Shown here piece after piece: positions 59,173 through 64,000 of a stretch of DNA of 64,000 nucleotides. Numbering within the stretch: the first letter of the stretch is position 1; each line of letters begins with the position of its first letter. The stretch lies in NCBI RefSeq assembly GCF_009914755.1, contig NC_060935.1, one strand, 5' to 3'. Under the pieces are notes generated by a model. That model ran no database searches, was not told where the DNA came from, and was given only the letters and a program-made list of their open reading frames with translations. The DNA comes from the human T2T-CHM13v2.0 reference genome, Homo sapiens. A program made the translations under genes and the position numbers.

Positions 59173-59375
59173 TTTTTTTTTTTCTTGAGACAGTCTCAGC
59201 CACCCAGGCTGGAGTTCAGTGGCCTGATCTTGGCTAACTGCAACCTCCGCCTCCCAGCTTCAAGTGATTCTCCCATCTCAGCCTCCTGAGTAGCTGGGAT
59301 TACAGGCACCTGCCATCATGCCCAGCTAATTTTTGTAGAGACAGGGTTTCACCATGTTGGCCAGGCTGGTCTTGA
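59173..59375 (-). mobile_element. Alu, 5'-truncated
   Basis: Right monomer plus part of the left monomer in antisense, ending at ggctggtcttgaa. Confidence 0.88.
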
Positions 59376-59879
59376 ATGAAAGAGCAAGTTTTATAACCTT
59401 CTATCAGAGTGTTGCTACACTTGTTGTTACTTGCTAGTTTATCTGTCTGTTTTATAGATAACACTTTCATATATATTGCTCTCTTGGATCCTTGTAACAA
59501 CCCTTAGAGGTAGGTATTGAATTATTATTCGTATTGTCCAGATAATAACACTGAGGTCCAAAGAACTTCACTGGCCAAGGTCACAGTGCCTGAGGTCATG
59601 ATGTTAAGAAAGTGCAGGGCCAGGGCCTGCTATACCAGAGTTCCACTCTCCATCCTTCCTTGTAATGCCTGTGTTTCCGCATTGGCTCCTGATGCAGGTG
59701 TGTGCAAGGGAGGGCGGCAAGTGTACATTCTAGGTATGCAGAAATGGTATGTGCATGCCAAGAATATGCATCTTGGTGCCTCGATTTACCCCGATGCTGA
59801 TAGAGGAGATGCTGTATTCTCTTTAAGCCTTTGGGAAACACCAAGCACAGTAATCCACAAAGGGTACTGGGTGGGTGGG

Positions 59880-60193
59880 TATATTCGTCACAGCTTGGAT
59901 TGTCATAACAAAATTCCACAGACTGGATAACTTAAACAACAGAAATGTATTTTCTTATACTTCTGGAGGCTGGAAGTCCTAGATCAAAGTGTTGGCAAGT
60001 TTAATTTTTCCTGAGGCCTCTCTCCACTTGAAGATGACTGTCTTCTCATTGTGTCTTTACATGGTAGTTTCTCTGTGCATGCACAACACTTTTGTCTCTT
60101 CTTCTTATAAGGACATCAATGCTAGCTCCAAATACAGGAACATTCAGGGTTAGGGCTCACCATATGAATTTTGAGGGGACACAAGTCATAACA
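59880..60193 (-). mobile_element. MaLR LTR, MLT1A/B-like, internally deleted
   Basis: cataacaaaattccacagactggataacttaaacaacagaaatgtattttc...ttctggaggctggaagtcc...gaattttgaggggacaca. Confidence 0.8.
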
Positions 60194-61047
60194 GTGGCCA
60201 CACATGGTTGAAATGCATAAGGTTCAGAAAGAGTACATCCTTCTTTGTCAATGCCTGTTTAGGCTGCCAAATTTATGGGCTTGGATGAGTTGTTTTTGAA
60301 GCCTCTAAGTCACTTTGCTTTTCCTCCCCAAATATTGTGCTTAAAAGCATGCTATTTTCAAATTGAAATGAGAGAGCAAGAAGAAAGAAATGCTGCCATA
60401 AATCTCCAAGCAAAGGAAAAAAATTAGTCTATGGAGAAATGAAAATAAGTAAACTGAGAATTCTCTCAGACCTGGAAAAATCAATTGTTACCACATCGTC
60501 CCTGACAGTGATCTAGTTGAGATCGATTCAGTTAAAGTTAATAACACCTGCATGAGTTCCACTGTAGCAGATTGTCAATTTTCTTACTAGTCCTGTGAGC
60601 TATGGGTGCCAGCTTCCAAGACGAATATAAATGAATGCTGGGATTTCAACCATTACAAGGGGATTAGTTAAAAAAAAAATAATTCTCAAGTTCTTTCAAC
60701 TGCTCAAGACAGTAGTCAGCTTCATGAGTCAAATTGCTCCCAGAGGCAGCTTATTAGAGTCCACATGAAATGTACTGCTTCCCCAGAGGTTAAACACACA
60801 GCACAGAAGGAGGCCGCATGGGCACTGTCTGACTTTGATGAATGATTGCAGCATGGTTTCACTGTCGTCGTCTTATTTTATTTTTGTAGTTTACTGAGGA
60901 CACATTCCAAGTGGCAGAACTTTTGTTGAGCCTATTTGGGCAGGTGTTTGAGTTGTGCTCTTGTACCTAAAGTTTAAGGCCAGTGTTCCAGGTCAGGCTC
61001 CCACACATATCAGAAAAAGAAGGGTCCTAACTTTTATTCATTTCTTA

Positions 61048-61741
61048 CTATACATAGACTGCTAGTTGCTTAAAAAAATTCTTACTCTCTTCTTCTTGGG
61101 AAACAGCTAGACTACACTTTCCACCTTCCTTTGTAGTTTAATTATATGTAGGCCTGTAATTGAGTTTTAGCCAATGGGTTGTACTTGGAGAGTTGCCAGA
61201 TAAAATACAGAGTACCCAGTTAAATTTAAGTTTTAGATAAAAAACATATTTCTGGTATAAATATGTCCCAAGTACTGCATGAGGCATGCTTATATTAAAA
61301 GAAATTGTGTTGTTTATCTGGAATTCAAGTTTAACTGGACGAAGTACAGGATACCTGTACTGCATGTCTATTTGCTAAATCTGACAGTCCCAAATAGGAG
61401 TGAAAGTAACAGGCTCTACTCCCAGGCATGGCCCATGCAAACCTTCTCTATGTGCTACCCCTCGTCCTTCTCCATTTAACCTGGCTGGATGGAGACAATA
61501 TTCAGGAAAACTTCATAAGTCATATATTTGAAGATGGGAGGACCACTATCAATCAGTTTGGGTTTCTTCTGGAATGGGATCCTTTAGTTTGGTGCATTCA
61601 TGACTACCTGAAGGACAGGCACCCACTAACTCATTCACTCTCTCTGTTCTATTATATGAGCAAGAAAGAAACACCTACTGTATCTGAGTGATAAATGTTG
61701 GATTCTGTCTTCTTCAGCAGCTATCCTACCCAGCTGATACA
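61048..61741 (+). mobile_element. Old MaLR LTR (MLT1J-like) hosting a MER53
   Basis: tagactacactttccaccttcctttgtagtt...gagttttagccaatgg; atgagcaagaaagaaacacctactgt...gctgataca. Confidence 0.6.
61188..61392. mobile_element. MER53 palindromic hAT MITE
   Basis: gttgccagataaaatacag...ccagttaaattt...atgtcccaa...gtttatctggaattcaagtttaactgg...atttgctaaatctgacagtccc. Confidence 0.85.
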
Positions 61742-62162
61742 TTTAGTATATGACAAGAACCACATGTATAAAGCAGCAATTAATCCTCCCCACAACTTCC
61801 TCAAGCTGGTATTGTCCTTGTTTTATCCATGGGGTTAATAAGGCCCAGAGATATTAAGCAACTCGCCAATTTATCAATTGATTTATTATCAGTTATCAAT
61901 TTATCATTGATTTATTCTAAATATAATTATAAAACAGGTTACCTTTAGAGATTATTTGTGATTATTTATGAATTTGAATAAATATTCCTTATAATCTGTA
62001 AGTCTTCACATTTAAGTGAGCCTCTAATTTTATTTTTAAATTAATTATTTGATCTTAGAGGACCATTCAAAAGACTCAAAAGGGAATACATTGAAAAATC
62101 AATCTCACTGTTACCCCTTTTCCCCAGCCAACCAACTTTCTATCTAGGAAGTGACATTTCTG

Positions 62163-62247
62163 GTGTGTGTGTGTGTGTGTGTCTGTGTATTTTCATAGTC
62201 TGTGCATATATAAACATTTACACACACACACACACAGACACACACAC
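62163..62247. repeat. Inverted (GT)n ... (CA)n microsatellite pair
   Basis: (GT)10ctgtgta at 62163-62189 and tacacaca...cagacacacacac at 62219-62247. Confidence 0.9.
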
Positions 62248-62278
62248 TTCTATTTCAACCCAAATGATTGCATCCTAT

Positions 62279-62725
62279 TGTGGAAATAATGAAAAAAAAA
62301 ATCCCACTACATTAGAAAAAACAGAAGCTATTTATTCAGAGCTTGGAACTCGGTCGCCATGATTGTGTTTGACAGAGGCTCAAAGGCAGGCAGGGCAGTG
62401 AGAAAACTTTATAGTGAAAAAAGGGTAAGGCTTCAGGTGTGCCCTGAATGGAGGCTGTTGACATGAGAAAGTTGGAGGTTAGCTAACTAGAGGCAGGGTA
62501 TCATCTGTGATTGGTTTGGAGAGCATATTTGACCTACTCTGTTTGGTCCTAAGTTGGAAGTCAGGCTGAAAGTTTCGGAAGCTGGTAGTCACTGAGCAAG
62601 CTATGACTGTTCTAGGACTATTGCTACAGAAATTGTGGTTTGACTTCCTGGGATGAAGCTTGTAGGTAAGGGTTTTAATTGTCATATGTAGTCTGGCCAT
62701 TGTCTATTTGTATATTCAGTATCTT
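62279..62725 (-). mobile_element. ERV1 solo LTR, MER67-like
   Basis: Minus strand starts agatactgaatatacaaatagacaatggccagactacatatgacaatt, matching the recalled MER67 start. Confidence 0.75.
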
Positions 62726-63330
62726 GCTATGCATATTATCTAGATGTTGATTTTTAAAAATTAGGCAGTAATATTGACCTTGTTGGTGTATAATTCTATC
62801 AATTTTAATACAAGGATTGATTCATGTAACTATTATCTCAATCAGGATACAGAACAGTTCTGTCACCCAGAAAGACTCCCTCTTGCTAGTATAAACAAAC
62901 TGTTACTGAATTTTCTAGCTCAACTACCTACTGAATCTGTTACACCATATGATGTCAGTATCAATTTATTTCAATTCAACAATGAACATATTTTTCTATC
63001 TGATTACATAGTTTGATAAATGAAAAACATATGTTACTAAATAGTACCAAATAGAGATAAAAATATTAAATGTTGTGACTCTGGAAGCTTGGGAGGGGAA
63101 GAAGCTCTCATGGTCACTATAAAGGTATAAGGAGGGATGAATGGGTGTAATCTGAAGAGAATCAAGTGCCTTCAAATATACATCTCATTGCATGAATATA
63201 AATAGATCTGTGTGATTCTGTTTATTTTGCAATGATATCAAAACTGTGTGTCATGCCTTGCGCTAATGATGGCATATGGAAGTTAAGAAAACATTTTTAC
63301 CTTCTACAATTTACATTACTGGAGAAGCTT

Positions 63331-63359
63331 ACCAACCAACCACCTAACCAACCAACCAA
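63331..63359. repeat. (ACCA)n tetranucleotide repeat
   Basis: Read directly. Confidence 0.85.
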
Positions 63360-63439
63360 ACAGTGTGTTCAATGCTATGACAGACACATGAAAACAGTGT
63401 ACTGAATCTAGAAGATGGACACAGGTGGAGCAGGGAAGA

Positions 63440-64000
63440 CTTTATCTAAACCAGGGGGATCCCCCTCTCTTATCTCCTCATAGCAACTATAATTTGGCAA
63501 TCATCCACAGATAAAAGTGCCATTGTGGGAACTTTGAAAGTCAGATAGGAGATTGTAAAACCTCCATGGAGCCCAAGACAGAGGAGGGCTGGCCAACTGT
63601 GGTTCTGACTATCACTAGCTATGGCCTTGTTCCCCTGTAGACTCAGCTATATCCTTGTTAGGCCTTGGTCTTATCACTAGAATCATGTGGCAAAGGCTCT
63701 GGGAAAAGTCGCACCCACCTGTGCCAAGGGAAACAGACACCCTGACCTCATTCCTGGCTGTAGATCCTGAAGCAGCCCTGTAACTTGGCTTCACCTCCTC
63801 TCAGCTGTGATCTGAGAGCAATCCTGTCCCTGGGGACCTGATGAGAAACACTTCTGTTCATTGTCCCAGGAACAGGCCAGCCCACCTTGATTCCACGGTA
63901 AATCTTGAAGTGATCTTGCAACCTAGCTCCATCTTCTTCCAGCTATACTCCAGGAGCAGTCCTGCCCACTCAGTGACCCTCTGGGAGACATGCTCATCTG
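63440..64000 (+). mobile_element. Old L1 (L1M2/L1M3-type) 5' UTR with ~138-bp monomers, running off the window end
   Basis: atttggcaatcatccacagataaaagtgccattgtggga; diverged repeat units (atcctgaagcagccctgtaac ~63764 and atcttgaagtgatcttgcaac ~63902). Confidence 0.55.

Noticed and set aside
59517-59930. 137-aa plus-strand ORF
   Set aside because: Starts in a MIR, ends in an MLT1 LTR, non-ATG start and no protein similarity I recognise

Overview
Non-coding, repeat-rich catarrhine primate (human-like) genomic DNA. It contains AluJ/S/Y, L1PA/L1PB/L1MA, THE1/MST and a HERV-W LTR17. I recognise no protein-coding exon, RNA gene or prokaryotic-type system, and every ORF in the supplied track is a decayed L1, Alu or LTR frame or a chance ORF. 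The main content is: (1) an L1MA 3' end hit by three LTR insertions (MER4A1-like, a complete two-LTR THE1D, MSTB-like), each with an intact TSD; (2) five solo LTRs at 15-23 kb, including an LTR10 with a 28-bp AP-1 tandem array and a complete LTR17; (3) two truncated L1PBs; (4) a 5'-inverted (twin-primed) L1MA; (5) a four-level L2>LTR>L1PB>Alu nest; (6) a full-length but dead L1PA8A-like element with a perfect 39-bp internal duplication; (7) a palindromic MER53 MITE with a miR-1302-like arm. There are also several small hairpins and templated duplications, and a few + strand splice-site pairs that may be lncRNA exons or pseudo-exons. I found no evidence for a new biological system; the best leads are TE-derived regulatory elements and young micro-rearrangements. 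Subfamily names come from recalled Repbase/Dfam consensus motifs and were not confirmed by RepeatMasker. Boundaries without TSDs are approximate.
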